DNA from: Opitutia bacterium
Lineage (GTDB): Bacteria > Verrucomicrobiota > Verrucomicrobiia > Opitutales > Opitutaceae
Assembly: GCA_002737275.1 (NCBI GenBank)
Contig: NSIG01000005.1
Location: forward strand, 333-64,332
Length of the DNA: 64,000 nucleotides
Reading direction: 5' to 3'
Position numbers and translations under genes: made by a program
Part shown: piece by piece, positions 37,357 to 47,222 of the stretch
Layout of the letters: each line of letters begins with the position of its first letter
Numbering within the stretch: position 1 is the stretch's first letter
The notes under the pieces: generated by a model
Database searches by the model: none
What the model saw: the letters and a program-made list of their open reading frames with translations, nothing else
What the model was told of the DNA's origin: nothing

Positions 37357-39126
37357 ATGGCCACGGAACCACGCACAAAAAAGGAAGTTATCGTGCAAGG
37401 CATCTCCGCCTCGCAGGGCATCGCCTATGGCACCGTGTTCGTGTATCTGCAGAGCGATGTCGAGGTGCCGTGTTACCAAGTCGATGCGGACAAGCGGATC
37501 GAGGAAGTTTCGCGATTCGACAAAGCGCTGCTAACGACGCGGCAGCAGATTTCGAAGATTCAAGACGAGGTGGAGAAAAACTTGGGCAAGAATGAGGCGC
37601 TGATTTTCGATGCGCATCTGCTGGTGCTCGAGGATCAGGCTTTGATCGGAGAGACCATCCGCGAGTTCGAGGCAACGGGGAGCAATATCGAGACCTGCTT
37701 CAACAAGATTTCGGCGCGTTACATCCAGGCGTTTTCGGAGATCGACGACGAGTATCTGCGGGAGCGCGCCGGGGACATCCGCGATGTGGCGCAGCGCGTG
37801 TTGCAAAACATGTTGGGGCAGGCCGAGAACAGTCTGAGCCGGTTGGCGGAGAAGCGGATCGTGGTCGCGAACGACCTTTCGCCGTCGGACTCGGCGAGTA
37901 TCGACCGGAGCGCGGCGCTAGGGATCGTGACGGACTCGGGCAGCAAGACGAGCCACGCGGTGATCGTCGCCAGGTCCATGAAAGTCCCGGCGGTGGTGGG
38001 CGTCCGTAATCTCACGCAGCGGGTGAAGACCGGCGATTGGGTGCTCGTGGATGGCTACGACGGACTGGTGATTGTAAACCCGACGGAGCAAACGCTTTTC
38101 CGCTACGGAAAGATCCAGTCGGACAAGAAGTCCTTCGAGCAACGTCTGCTCGAGGCGAACCGCCGGCCGCCGGTGACGCTGGACGGCGTGACGGTCACCT
38201 TGCAGGCGAACATCGAGAAAGTGGACGAAGTTGCTCTGGTGAAGGATTATTTTGCGCAGGGCGTCGGCCTGTATCGCACCGAGTATCTGTTCCTCAACTC
38301 GGCGCGGATTCCCTCGGAGCAGGAGCAGTTTGTTGCCTACAAAACGGTGGCCGAGGGCATGGCGCCGAACCCGGTCGTGATCCGCACTCTGGACCTCGGC
38401 GGGGACAAACCGATGGAGGGCAAGCCGGACCTTTTTCCAAAAGAGGCGAATCCTTTCATGGGCTTCCGGGCGATCCGGTTCTGTTTGGAGAATCCCGAGA
38501 TTTTCAAGGACCAGTTGCGGGCCATCTTGATGGCGAGTGTGCACGGTGACGTGCGGCTGATGTATCCGATGATCAGCGGCCCGGAGGAATTGGGGAAGGC
38601 GAACGCGATGCTCGCGGAGTGTAAAACCGAGCTGAAAACGCGCGGTCAACGCTTCAACGAAGCGATGAAGGTCGGCGCGATGATCGAGATTCCCAGCGCG
38701 GCGACGACGACCGATCTGCTGGCGAAGACCTGCGATTTCTTCAGTATCGGAACCAATGATTTGATCCAGTATCTGCTCGCGATCGATCGCGGGAACGATC
38801 GGGTCGCCCGCCTCTATGAGCCGGCGCACCCGGCGGTGGTGCGAACGCTGAAACACATCGTGGACGAAGCCCACCGAGCGGGCGTGCCGGTCAGTGTGTG
38901 CGGCGAACTGGCGGGCGATCCGATTTATGTGCCTTTGCTCCTGGGGCTCGGGGTGGATGCGTTGAGCATGACGCCGCCTTCGCTTCCGGCGGTAAAATAT
39001 CTGGTGCGGGGAATGACCATGGCCGACGCCCGGGCCTTGGCGGTTGAAGTCCTCGCGCTGGGCTCGGCCCAGGAGATTCACGCGAAGTGCGCGGCGTTTG
39101 CCCACGCGCGGATTTCGCAAACGTGA
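37357..39126 (+). CDS. ptsI: Phosphoenolpyruvate-protein phosphotransferase (PTS enzyme I)
   Basis: 589 aa. Phosphohistidine motif GSKTSHAVIVARSM and PEP-utilising motifs GLYRTEYLF and FFSIGTNDLIQY. Confidence 0.95.
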   Translation: MATEPRTKKEVIVQGISASQGIAYGTVFVYLQSDVEVPCYQVDADKRIEEVSRFDKALLTTRQQISKIQDEVEKNLGKNEALIFDAHLLVLEDQALIGETIREFEATGSNIETCFNKISARYIQAFSEIDDEYLRERAGDIRDVAQRVLQNMLGQAENSLSRLAEKRIVVANDLSPSDSASIDRSAALGIVTDSGSKTSHAVIVARSMKVPAVVGVRNLTQRVKTGDWVLVDGYDGLVIVNPTEQTLFRYGKIQSDKKSFEQRLLEANRRPPVTLDGVTVTLQANIEKVDEVALVKDYFAQGVGLYRTEYLFLNSARIPSEQEQFVAYKTVAEGMAPNPVVIRTLDLGGDKPMEGKPDLFPKEANPFMGFRAIRFCLENPEIFKDQLRAILMASVHGDVRLMYPMISGPEELGKANAMLAECKTELKTRGQRFNEAMKVGAMIEIPSAATTTDLLAKTCDFFSIGTNDLIQYLLAIDRGNDRVARLYEPAHPAVVRTLKHIVDEAHRAGVPVSVCGELAGDPIYVPLLLGLGVDALSMTPPSLPAVKYLVRGMTMADARALAVEVLALGSAQEIHAKCAAFAHARISQT

Positions 39127-39340
39127 TCGGCCCGGCTCGGTCTTTGCCCGGAGGGCAAGTGATCGTCGGCTAGGCTTGGATGCGCTTCAGGCCGACGATG
39201 GCGAGGAGCTCCCGGAGGACTTGGACCTGCTCGGTCGCGATGACGTTTTGCGTTTGATCGCCCAGCCGGCGAGAATCACGCCGACCGGTTTGTCCGAACT
39301 TATGCTAATGGCTGTTGATTTTTAGACTGTGGATTCCGAG

Positions 39341-39362
39341 GTGGCGCGGGCATCTTGCCCGT
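39341..39362 (+). repeat. REP-like element (GTGG head + hairpin)
   Basis: GTGGC-GCGGGCA-tct-TGCCCGT. Confidence 0.35.
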
Positions 39363-39375
39363 GGGTTTGAGGATG

Positions 39376-39424
39376 AAACTCAACCGCTATTGGTATCAGC
39401 CGGCTGCTGGAAACGGTTGAGTTT
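39376..39424. other. 11-bp perfect inverted repeat with a 27-nt loop, in a long non-coding spacer
   Basis: AAACTCAACCG (39376-39386) pairs with CGGTTGAGTTT (39414-39424). AT-richer than its surroundings. Confidence 0.6.
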
Positions 39425-39609
39425 GGCAGTGGCGGGCTTGCTCCGGGAGCTTGAGCGGAGCCGACGTTCGCGGGCGCGGGCACTTTGGGCGTGATCCGGT
39501 TCGGGGCACCGGCGAGGGCGAACGGCGGGGCGGTTTGGATCAGACGGACAACGCGTGGGTCGTGGCCAACAATAAAGATTATTTCCGAGGCCGCAGGGTA
39601 CGGTGGACG

Positions 39610-39636
39610 AAAAAGCCCCGACGGTAACGTCGGGGC
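39610..39636 (-). terminator. Rho-independent terminator
   Basis: GCCCCGACG-gtaa-CGTCGGGGC hairpin followed on the minus strand by T5. About 65 nt downstream of the heme-protein stop. Confidence 0.65.
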
Positions 39637-39702
39637 TTGGGGATTGGCTGGCCGGGATCGGACGGGCCGGTGCTCCCTGAGAAAACCAGTTTGGGCGGTT
39701 TT

Positions 39703-42465
39703 CTACTGGGTCTTGAGGTAGGCGACGAGGTCGGAGACGGCCTGGGCGTTGAGGCCGAGTTGTTCGCCGCTGAGCATGAGGGAGCGGTTCAGGCGCTGGC
39801 GGGATTTGATTTTGCCGGCAGGGATCATCTGGTTGGTGCCGCCCATCGACTGAACGATGACCGGATCGCCTGAGGTGAGAGGGAGGCCGTGGATCACGGT
39901 GTCGTCCTTCAAAATGAATTCGGTACCCTCGTAGCCGTGGGCGATGTCGGAGGACGGATTCACGATAGAATTGATGACGACCTCGGTGGGCTGGCGGCTG
40001 GCGAAGCCGGTGAGGTCAGGTGCGTAGTCGACGCCGTTGCCGCCGATGCGGTGGCAGATGTAGCAGGTGGCCGCGAAGGCGGCGCCGCGGGCCGCGTCGC
40101 CTTGCAGAGCGGCGATTTCGGCGACAGGCGGAAGCTTCGTGGGGGGCGGCGGGGCGATGACGCTCGCGGTTAATACGACTTTTTCCGGGTCGTAGAGGCC
40201 GCGGGATTTGAGCTCGGGATTGAGCCCAAAGGCGGCCCAGCGGGAATCTTTGTAGTTGAGCAACCACCAGAGGGCAGTGACTTGGACTTTTCCTTTGGCG
40301 CTTTGCGCGAGGTCCAGCATCGCGACGGCGGCATCGCGGGTTGGCGTGAAACCGAGCGCGGTCAATGCGGCGAGGCGGGACGCATCGGGCAGGGAGTTGG
40401 ACGAGGCGCGGGCGGTGAATGCCACCACGGCATCGGCGGGCGTGAGGCGCCAGACGAGGTCGGCATGGGCGGACGGCCATTTGAGCGGGTCTTTTTCCGG
40501 CTGGGCGGCGGCTAGGGCAGCGTAGAGCTCGGCTTCTTTCTGAGTCGCGCCGATGCCCCAGGCGGCGAGGTAAGCGCGGTCTTTGCCGTCGTAGCCTTCG
40601 GCGAGAGTGAGAAGAATATCGCGGGCGGCGGCGAAGGGGACGTCGCGGAGGGAAGTCGCGACCTCGCGGCGCACGGCGGGTGAGGGGTCGGAGGCGAGTT
40701 TCGCGGCGTGGTTCAGATAAGGTTGATCGGCGCGGCGCAGGGCGCGGTAAGCGGCGACGCGGGTTTGCGCATCGGCGGAGGCGAGTTGTTTTTCCACTAG
40801 GGCGATGCCGGGCGCGCCGAGGTGGGCGAGGAGGAAGATCGCGCGGGCGCGGATGAAGGGGTTGGCGTCGGTGAGGAGAGCGGCGACGGAGGGAACCGCA
40901 GCGGCACCCTGGGCCTTGAGCGGGATGAAGCCGGAGGCGCGCACGTTGACCGAAGGGTTTTTCAATGCTGCGATCTGGCCGGCAGTGGTCGTGAGATCGA
41001 ACTTTGGCACGACGGACTTGAACCCCTTCGGAGCGATGCGGTAGATGGCACCAACAGTCTTGGCATCGAGGTCGGCGTGACCGCCGACGCGAGGGTCAAA
41101 CCAGTCGGCAACGTAGATCGCTCCGTCGGGTCCGACGGCGACATCGGAGGGGCGGAAGAACGTTTTCAGCTCGGAGTTGACCGACTTCATGCCGCCCTTG
41201 AAGTCGACGCCGGCGAATTCCTTTGCTTGATTTGACGTGATGAAATCGAAGCGTTCGAGGCCGAAGCCGGCCCCCTCGGTCTTGGGGAAATAGCCGAACA
41301 CGACGTTGCGGCTGGGCTCGGCGCTGAGGAGCAAGCCGCGCCATTTCTCGCCAAAGGCGTCCCCTTCGTAGCTGACGATGCCGGTGGGCGAACCGCCGCC
41401 GTAAACGTCGCCGGCGGGAATGGTGTGAGGATCTTCCTGGCGCCACTCCGCGGTGGGGATGGATTGGCCGGGCCGCCGGTCGGCGTTCCACGTGCGCTTA
41501 CCGTCGAATGAGGCGAAGCCGAGATTGCCGTATTCGACGAGGAACGTGGTGCGACAGGCCGGCGGATCGTCGTTGTCGTTTTGAAAGACATCGCCGAACG
41601 ATGTGACGGTTTGCTCGTAGCTGTTGCGGTAGTTGTGGCCTATGATTTCGACGCGGGTCGCGTCGGGCTGCATGCGCACAGTAAAACCGCCGAGATAGAC
41701 GTGACCGTCGTCGCTCTTGGTCCCGGCGATTTGGGGTGGACGCCAGCTAAAGAGCGCGCCGGCGCCGCCGCTGTTGATGGGATCGTAGGGGCTGCCGACG
41801 CGGAATGTGCGGTTGGAGCGATCGGTAAAGAGGGCGCCGCAATTGCCTTGGGAGAAGTAGAGGAGGCCGTCGGGGCCGAAGGTGACGGAGTGGAGCGAGT
41901 GGTCGTGGTTGCGGCCGTTGAAGCCGGTGAGGAGCACGTCGCGTTTGTCGATCGCGGGATCGAATTTCCCGTCGCGGTCAACGTCGGTGTAGACGATAAG
42001 GTCGGGGGTGTTGGAGACGAAGATGCGGTTGTCGATGACCGACATCCCGAGCGGCGCAACGAGCCCAGACTCTTGGACGAAAGTGTAACTGGAGTCGGCT
42101 TGGCCGTCGCCGTCGTTGTCGGAGAGGACGGTGATCTTGTCACCGGCGGAGGCGCGGTTGGAGTTCTTGCGATAATTAACGCCCTCGGTGATCCAGATCC
42201 GGCCTTGGGCGTCGATGTCCATGTTCGTCGGATTATTGAACAGCGGGGACTTGGCCCAGAGGGTGACTTCGAAGCCTTCGGGCACGGAGAGCATGTTGAC
42301 GGGGATTAGCTCGGGGGTGGGGGCGGCGACGGCGGCAGTCGGTGCGGCCGGGGTGGCGGGCGCAGGCGCCTGGGCGAGAAGTAGCCAGGCCGGGATGGCG
42401 AGCGCGGTGGCGAGGAGCCACGGGCTGAGGAGGGAGCGCGGAGCTGAGGCGACGGGTGGACGCAT
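39703..42465 (-). CDS. PVC-type heme-binding protein: membrane-bound dehydrogenase-like beta-propeller + HEAT repeats + C-terminal cytochrome c
   Basis: 920 aa with a signal peptide and an N-terminal propeller-like region (PEGFEVTLWA..., FGPDGLLYF). Central Ala/Leu-rich HEAT-like repeats. C-terminal CYICHRIGGNG heme c motif. Confidence 0.8.
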   Translation of the reverse strand: MRPPVASAPRSLLSPWLLATALAIPAWLLLAQAPAPATPAAPTAAVAAPTPELIPVNMLSVPEGFEVTLWAKSPLFNNPTNMDIDAQGRIWITEGVNYRKNSNRASAGDKITVLSDNDGDGQADSSYTFVQESGLVAPLGMSVIDNRIFVSNTPDLIVYTDVDRDGKFDPAIDKRDVLLTGFNGRNHDHSLHSVTFGPDGLLYFSQGNCGALFTDRSNRTFRVGSPYDPINSGGAGALFSWRPPQIAGTKSDDGHVYLGGFTVRMQPDATRVEIIGHNYRNSYEQTVTSFGDVFQNDNDDPPACRTTFLVEYGNLGFASFDGKRTWNADRRPGQSIPTAEWRQEDPHTIPAGDVYGGGSPTGIVSYEGDAFGEKWRGLLLSAEPSRNVVFGYFPKTEGAGFGLERFDFITSNQAKEFAGVDFKGGMKSVNSELKTFFRPSDVAVGPDGAIYVADWFDPRVGGHADLDAKTVGAIYRIAPKGFKSVVPKFDLTTTAGQIAALKNPSVNVRASGFIPLKAQGAAAVPSVAALLTDANPFIRARAIFLLAHLGAPGIALVEKQLASADAQTRVAAYRALRRADQPYLNHAAKLASDPSPAVRREVATSLRDVPFAAARDILLTLAEGYDGKDRAYLAAWGIGATQKEAELYAALAAAQPEKDPLKWPSAHADLVWRLTPADAVVAFTARASSNSLPDASRLAALTALGFTPTRDAAVAMLDLAQSAKGKVQVTALWWLLNYKDSRWAAFGLNPELKSRGLYDPEKVVLTASVIAPPPPTKLPPVAEIAALQGDAARGAAFAATCYICHRIGGNGVDYAPDLTGFASRQPTEVVINSIVNPSSDIAHGYEGTEFILKDDTVIHGLPLTSGDPVIVQSMGGTNQMIPAGKIKSRQRLNRSLMLSGEQLGLNAQAVSDLVAYLKTQ

Positions 42466-42698
42466 CTAAAACGGGAACACCCGCCGCGGGATTTGGCAAG
42501 TGCGTCGAAAACGGAAGCGTGGCGAGGCTCGCGGGACGGGAGCAAAGGCCGATGCGGCAAAGCCGCTTCCGAGCCGCGCTCATCGGGCGTGATGAGGGCA
42601 AAGTAGAACCCGGATAAGGCGGGCGCGCGGTGGTGCGTAAGGCGCGCCTTCCGCTCATCGGTTCGCCGCCGGCCGGTGTGGGCCGGTGGGAGATCCGC

Positions 42699-43157
42699 CT
42701 ACTTTTTTTTGCCTAAGGCCTTCGTCGGCGGCGGGACGATCACCACCGGGCATCTCGCTTTGCGAAGGACTTGACGAGTAGTGCTGCCGACGAGCAAATC
42801 GTAGAGCGCCGTGTGGCCGTGCGAGCCCATAATGATGTAGTCGGCCTGTTCGACCTCGGCCTGCGCCAAGATGAGTTGGGCGGGAGTGCCGGTGAGGAGC
42901 ACGGTCTCAACGGGTAGGTCGGTCGCGACAAGACGCTTGACGACTTGCTTGAGCCGGCGGGCGAGGGTTTTTTCACTCGCGGCCACGATCTCGCCGATGT
43001 TTTCGAGCATCGGGCCATAGTCACTCGTGATGACCGGAGGTTGGACCACGCTCAGCAGGACAATACGGGCGGACGCGGCGCGGGCCAGAAGCACGGTGGC
43101 GTCGATCACGGCGTCGCTCACGGCGGAAAAGTCGATGGGGGCGAGGATGGTTTTCAT
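42699..43157 (-). CDS. Universal stress protein (UspA family)
   Basis: 152 aa. MKTILAPIDFS ... IIMGSHGHTALYDLLVGSTTRQVLRKARCPVVIV. Confidence 0.85.
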   Translation of the reverse strand: MKTILAPIDFSAVSDAVIDATVLLARAASARIVLLSVVQPPVITSDYGPMLENIGEIVAASEKTLARRLKQVVKRLVATDLPVETVLLTGTPAQLILAQAEVEQADYIIMGSHGHTALYDLLVGSTTRQVLRKARCPVVIVPPPTKALGKKK

Positions 43158-43304
43158 GGCCTCAGGATAGTCGGATCGGCGTGGTTTGGCTACGCGGCGA
43201 TTAGCGAACGAGGCGCGGATTTTGGCATTGGCTGGGCGTGGATTTGGCGTCCGTGGCGCTTGTCGCGTGAAAGAGGGCGGATCGGAGACCTCCCCCTACT
43301 TAAA

Positions 43305-44936
43305 TCAGAACGCTTTCCCGTCGGCCTTCGTGCCGCAGACGCTGACTTCGAGACCGAGCTCGGCGGCGAGGGCGGCTTTGGCGTAAAGGGCGAGGTCGGC
43401 TTCCTTGGCGGAGTTGGCGTAGGCGACTTGGATGTGGTTGGCCTTGTGGCGGGCCATCATTTGGTCGCGCGAAACGCCGTAGGTGACGGCGTGCATGATC
43501 GGCCATTGGACGGTGGTCTCTTTCCAGCGGCGGTCGGTCTCGGCCTGCGGGAGCGTGATGACCTTGGCGCGGCCGAGATCCATCTTGAGTTTGCCGCCCT
43601 CGACGAAGATGCGGCTCCACACGATCTCGCCGGGTTTGGCGATGCCGCGCACGGTGCCGCCGCCGAGGCGGAAATACATCAGAGGCTGGCGGAGGGAGTC
43701 GGTGCCTTTGTAGCCGCCGATGTGATGTGCGGGCGGGGCGCTGCCGGAGATGAGGAAAACCCAAACATACTCGTCGGTGGTGCCGCTGGCGTCGGTGGCG
43801 CCCCAACGCAGATCGTGCAGCGTGTTTTCGACCGGCTGGCCGAGGGCGGTGTGCACGCGGTTCGTGAAGAGCCCATCGAGGCCGGCGCATTCGTCGACCT
43901 CGTTGAAGTGAGTGAGCGGTTGGCCGGCGCGGATGACTTTGCCGGCCGCGTTTTTGACGGGCGGGCGGTCGGAATTGTTGAGGATGCCCTCAACGAGATC
44001 GCTCGCGGGGAGGAGGTCCTTGAGGCCCTGTTGGTATTGGATACCGATGGACTCGCAGCCGAATTCGTCGGCGATGCGGAGGGCGGCGACGTAGGTTTTG
44101 CACTGCCACAGCACCTGCGCCTCGGTGAGCTCGGTGGTCTCGTCGGTGCCGAGGTGAAACGTCATGCCCTTGGCGCGGAGCCAGTCGTAGACAGCGCGGG
44201 CTTCGGCGTCGGGCACCTGCGTCGCGCCGTAATAGAGCGCGGACTGGGAGAGACGCTCTTTGTAAACGCCGGTGGAGAAGAGGAGCTCGTCGGGAATAAT
44301 GGCGTTATACATGCCCATGCAGCCCTCGTCGAAGATGCCCATGATCGATTTTTTGCGTCGGAGATCGTCGGCGATTTTTTTGGCGATGGCGCGGGCCTTG
44401 GGCGGGACCGCGGCGCGGGCGAGCGGTTTGACGTGGGCGGTCCGATGTTTGGCGACTCCGGTGGTGAGCCACGATTTGAGTCCGGTGAGAAAATACTCGT
44501 CGGAGAAATCGTCGCTCCAGAGCGTGGAATACTTCACGCCCGCCTTGGTGAGTGAACCGTTGAGATTCAACATCCCGACGAGGCCGGGCCAAGTGCCGGA
44601 CCAATTGGCGACGGTGAGAATCGGAGCGCGATGGGAGATGAGCCCGGCAAGCAGGTGATGGGAATACTGCCACACGGCCTCGGCGACGATGAGCGGCGTC
44701 TCTGGGTCGAGCCCGGCGAAGACGGCCATGCCCTCTTTTTGCGAGCTGATGAAGCCGTGTTTTTGCGCGGGCTTGTAGGGGTGGGCGCGGACGAGCCGGT
44801 AGCCGAGTTGGGCGACGGCGGCGGTGAGGCGTTGCTCCATGGCTCGTTGGGCGGGCCAGCAGACTTCGTTGGCGGAGTTGCGCAGATCGCCGTTGGCGAC
44901 GAGGAGAACGGTTTTCAGTTTCGAGATTTTAGGCAT
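43305..44936 (-). CDS. L-fucose/L-arabinose isomerase-superfamily protein (substrate unknown)
   Basis: 543 aa from ATG 44936. Overall FucI-like layout: N-terminal Rossmann-like [12 protein letters not shown], central [10 protein letters not shown]-terminal WP...ANH segment. Family assignment is from memory only. Confidence 0.55.
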   Translation of the reverse strand: MPKISKLKTVLLVANGDLRNSANEVCWPAQRAMEQRLTAAVAQLGYRLVRAHPYKPAQKHGFISSQKEGMAVFAGLDPETPLIVAEAVWQYSHHLLAGLISHRAPILTVANWSGTWPGLVGMLNLNGSLTKAGVKYSTLWSDDFSDEYFLTGLKSWLTTGVAKHRTAHVKPLARAAVPPKARAIAKKIADDLRRKKSIMGIFDEGCMGMYNAIIPDELLFSTGVYKERLSQSALYYGATQVPDAEARAVYDWLRAKGMTFHLGTDETTELTEAQVLWQCKTYVAALRIADEFGCESIGIQYQQGLKDLLPASDLVEGILNNSDRPPVKNAAGKVIRAGQPLTHFNEVDECAGLDGLFTNRVHTALGQPVENTLHDLRWGATDASGTTDEYVWVFLISGSAPPAHHIGGYKGTDSLRQPLMYFRLGGGTVRGIAKPGEIVWSRIFVEGGKLKMDLGRAKVITLPQAETDRRWKETTVQWPIMHAVTYGVSRDQMMARHKANHIQVAYANSAKEADLALYAKAALAAELGLEVSVCGTKADGKAF

Positions 44937-45022
44937 GGGGGCAGAGGTGATGAAGATTGAGACGCTAGAGAAAATCGGCGGAGAGCCGGCGGAGATATTG
45001 CGCTCGAAACGCACCTGAGGAA

Positions 45023-45925
45023 ATGGATAGATCCGGCATAGACATGGATAAAATTGGCCCCAATGAAGCGACGGCGCTGCTTTCCCGGCAAGTCACGGGC
45101 GGACGGTATTTTTTCCTTAACCTCGCGCCCGGCAAGTCGCCGGGTCTGGCGTGGGTCATGGGTGGCCGTGAGCACTGCAACCCCGACTACGCGCTGGCGC
45201 GGAGGCATTTTCCGTTTCACGGCTTGGAGTGTGTGGTGGCGGGCCGGGGGCGGGTGAAGCTCGATGGTCGGGAGCATGAACTGGGGGCGGGGTCGGTCTT
45301 CGCCTACGCGCCGGATACCGACTGCGAATTGCGGGCGGACCCAAGCGATCCGATGGTCAAATATTTTGTGGCGCTGGCCGGGCGCGCGGTCGGGGCGAGG
45401 TTGAGTCGCTGCGGCGTCACGCCGGGGACGGTGCGGCGGCTGGCGGTGCCGGCGGAGATCACGGGAGTGTTGGAGGATTTGGTCCGCGAAGGCCAACACG
45501 CAGGTCCGCTCACGGGCAGCATTTGCTCGGCGCTGGGTGAACTCCTGTTGTTGAAGATCGAGGCCACCACCACGCAGGCATCGCCGACGGTCGAGCCGGC
45601 ACGGGCGGCGTTCTTGCGGTGCAAGGCGCTGATCGACGCGCACGCGGAACGGCTCGGTACGTTGGAGGAAATCGCGCGGCTGGCGGCGGTCGAGGGGTCG
45701 AGCGTGTGCCGGTGGTTTCGCCGTTACCAAGGGACGAGTCCCTATCAGTATTTGCTGCGCCGAAAAATGACGATCGCGGCCGAGCACCTGATCGAGCACG
45801 GCGGGCTGATCAAAGAGGTCGCGGCGCGGGTGGGCTTTGACGACCCGTATCATTTTTCCCGGGCGTTCAAGGCGGTGCACGGAGTGGCGCCGCGGGCGTT
45901 ATTAAATTATCGGCGGGTGGGGTGA
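45023..45925 (+). CDS. AraC-family transcriptional regulator
   Basis: Cupin-like N-terminus plus a C-terminal double HTH ([21 protein letters not shown]...[14 protein letters not shown]). Divergent from the isomerase. Confidence 0.85.
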   Translation: MDRSGIDMDKIGPNEATALLSRQVTGGRYFFLNLAPGKSPGLAWVMGGREHCNPDYALARRHFPFHGLECVVAGRGRVKLDGREHELGAGSVFAYAPDTDCELRADPSDPMVKYFVALAGRAVGARLSRCGVTPGTVRRLAVPAEITGVLEDLVREGQHAGPLTGSICSALGELLLLKIEATTTQASPTVEPARAAFLRCKALIDAHAERLGTLEEIARLAAVEGSSVCRWFRRYQGTSPYQYLLRRKMTIAAEHLIEHGGLIKEVAARVGFDDPYHFSRAFKAVHGVAPRALLNYRRVG

Positions 45926-46117
45926 GTGAGTTCGGGCGGAGTGGCGATGTAGTCGGGTGGCGGTGCGCAGACGCGGTAGTAGTCGCTTGTGGCGTGCGCC
46001 GAAAGGGGAGTGAACGAGAAGATTTGTCATCTTATAGATGACAAATGGTCGGCCGAGATGGTGGGAGGACGGTGGTTCGCGCTTGAGTTGCGGCGCGGGC
46101 GCGGGGCACAAAGCCAG

Positions 46118-47206
46118 ATGCGTTTACCGACTCAGATCGCGGCTTGGCGGATCACGCCGCTCGATATTCCGTTGCATGTGCCGTTTGGCATCTCCGGGGG
46201 CGCGCAGGCGATGGCGAACAATGTGCTCGTAACGCTTGAACTGGCCGACGGCACGCGCGGCTACGGCGAGGCGGCGCCTTTGCCGCCCTACAATGGCGAG
46301 ACGCAGGCGATGGCGCTCGCGGTGCTGCGCACGGCGCAGGCGTGGTTGCCGGGACGCGACGCGGCGGAGTGGCGGGCGCTGGCGGCGGAGTTTTCCGCGC
46401 GCGGCGGGGCGGGTTGCGGTTCGGCGCAGTGCGCGCTGGAAATGGCGTTGCTCGACGCCGTGAGCAAGCGGCGCGGCGAGCCGTTGTGGAAGTTCTTCGG
46501 TGGGGCGAGCACCACGCTGGAAACGGACATGACGGTGACGACCGGCAGTGTGGCGGAGGCGGTGGAGGCCGCGCGGGCGATCCGGGCGCGGGGCATCTGC
46601 CAGATCAAAGTGAAGGTGGGCGGGGCCGGCGGGCCGGCGGGCGATCTCGCCAGAGTGACGGCGATTCACGCGGCGGCGCCGGACGCGCCTTTGATCTTGG
46701 ACGGAAATGCCGGGATCAGCCGCGCCGCGGCGAGCGCACTGGTGCGCGGGCTCAAGGCGGCGGGCATCACGCCGGCGCTGCTTGAGCAGTGGCTGGCGAA
46801 GGACGACTTGGCCGGTGCGGCGGCGTTGATTGCCGAATCGGGCTGGCGCGTGGCGGCGGACGAAACGGCGTGTACGGCGGACGACGCCCGGCGGATCGCG
46901 GCGGCGGGCGCGGCGCAGGTGGTGAACATCAAGCTCATGAAGTCCGGCGTGATCGCGGCGTGGGAGCTGGCGACGGTGGCGCGCGCGGCGGGCCTTGGCC
47001 TCATGATCGGCGGCAACGTCGAGAGTATGCTGGCGATGTCGGTCTCGGCGTGTTTCGCGACGGGGATCGGCGGTTTTGAATTCGCCGATCTGGATACGCC
47101 GTGGTTCATGGCTACGAACCCGTTTGACGGGGGATTCGCCGTGACGGGCGGGATGATCTCCGTGGCCGGAATCACGGCCGGGCACGGAGTGATGCCGAAG
47201 AATTAG
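46118..47206 (+). CDS. Dipeptide epimerase (enolase superfamily, MLE subgroup; L-Ala-D/L-Glu epimerase-like)
   Basis: Start at ATG MRLPTQ. Catalytic pattern KVKVG, LDGNAG, ADE, NIKLMKSG. Confidence 0.8.
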   Translation: MRLPTQIAAWRITPLDIPLHVPFGISGGAQAMANNVLVTLELADGTRGYGEAAPLPPYNGETQAMALAVLRTAQAWLPGRDAAEWRALAAEFSARGGAGCGSAQCALEMALLDAVSKRRGEPLWKFFGGASTTLETDMTVTTGSVAEAVEAARAIRARGICQIKVKVGGAGGPAGDLARVTAIHAAAPDAPLILDGNAGISRAAASALVRGLKAAGITPALLEQWLAKDDLAGAAALIAESGWRVAADETACTADDARRIAAAGAAQVVNIKLMKSGVIAAWELATVARAAGLGLMIGGNVESMLAMSVSACFATGIGGFEFADLDTPWFMATNPFDGGFAVTGGMISVAGITAGHGVMPKN

Positions 47207-47222
47207 CGAAAACTGCTTCGCC

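Noticed and set aside
39327-39335. DnaA-box-like TGTGGATTC, and a search for dif or oriC signatures in the AT-richer spacers.
   Set aside because: It is a single imperfect box with no cluster. No XerCD-type 11-6-11 palindrome was found.
39127-39702. Missing ptsH (HPr) gene downstream of ptsI.
   Set aside because: No frame on either strand gives an HPr-like sequence (no ...GLHARPA... motif). The only semi-plausible frame lacks a start codon.
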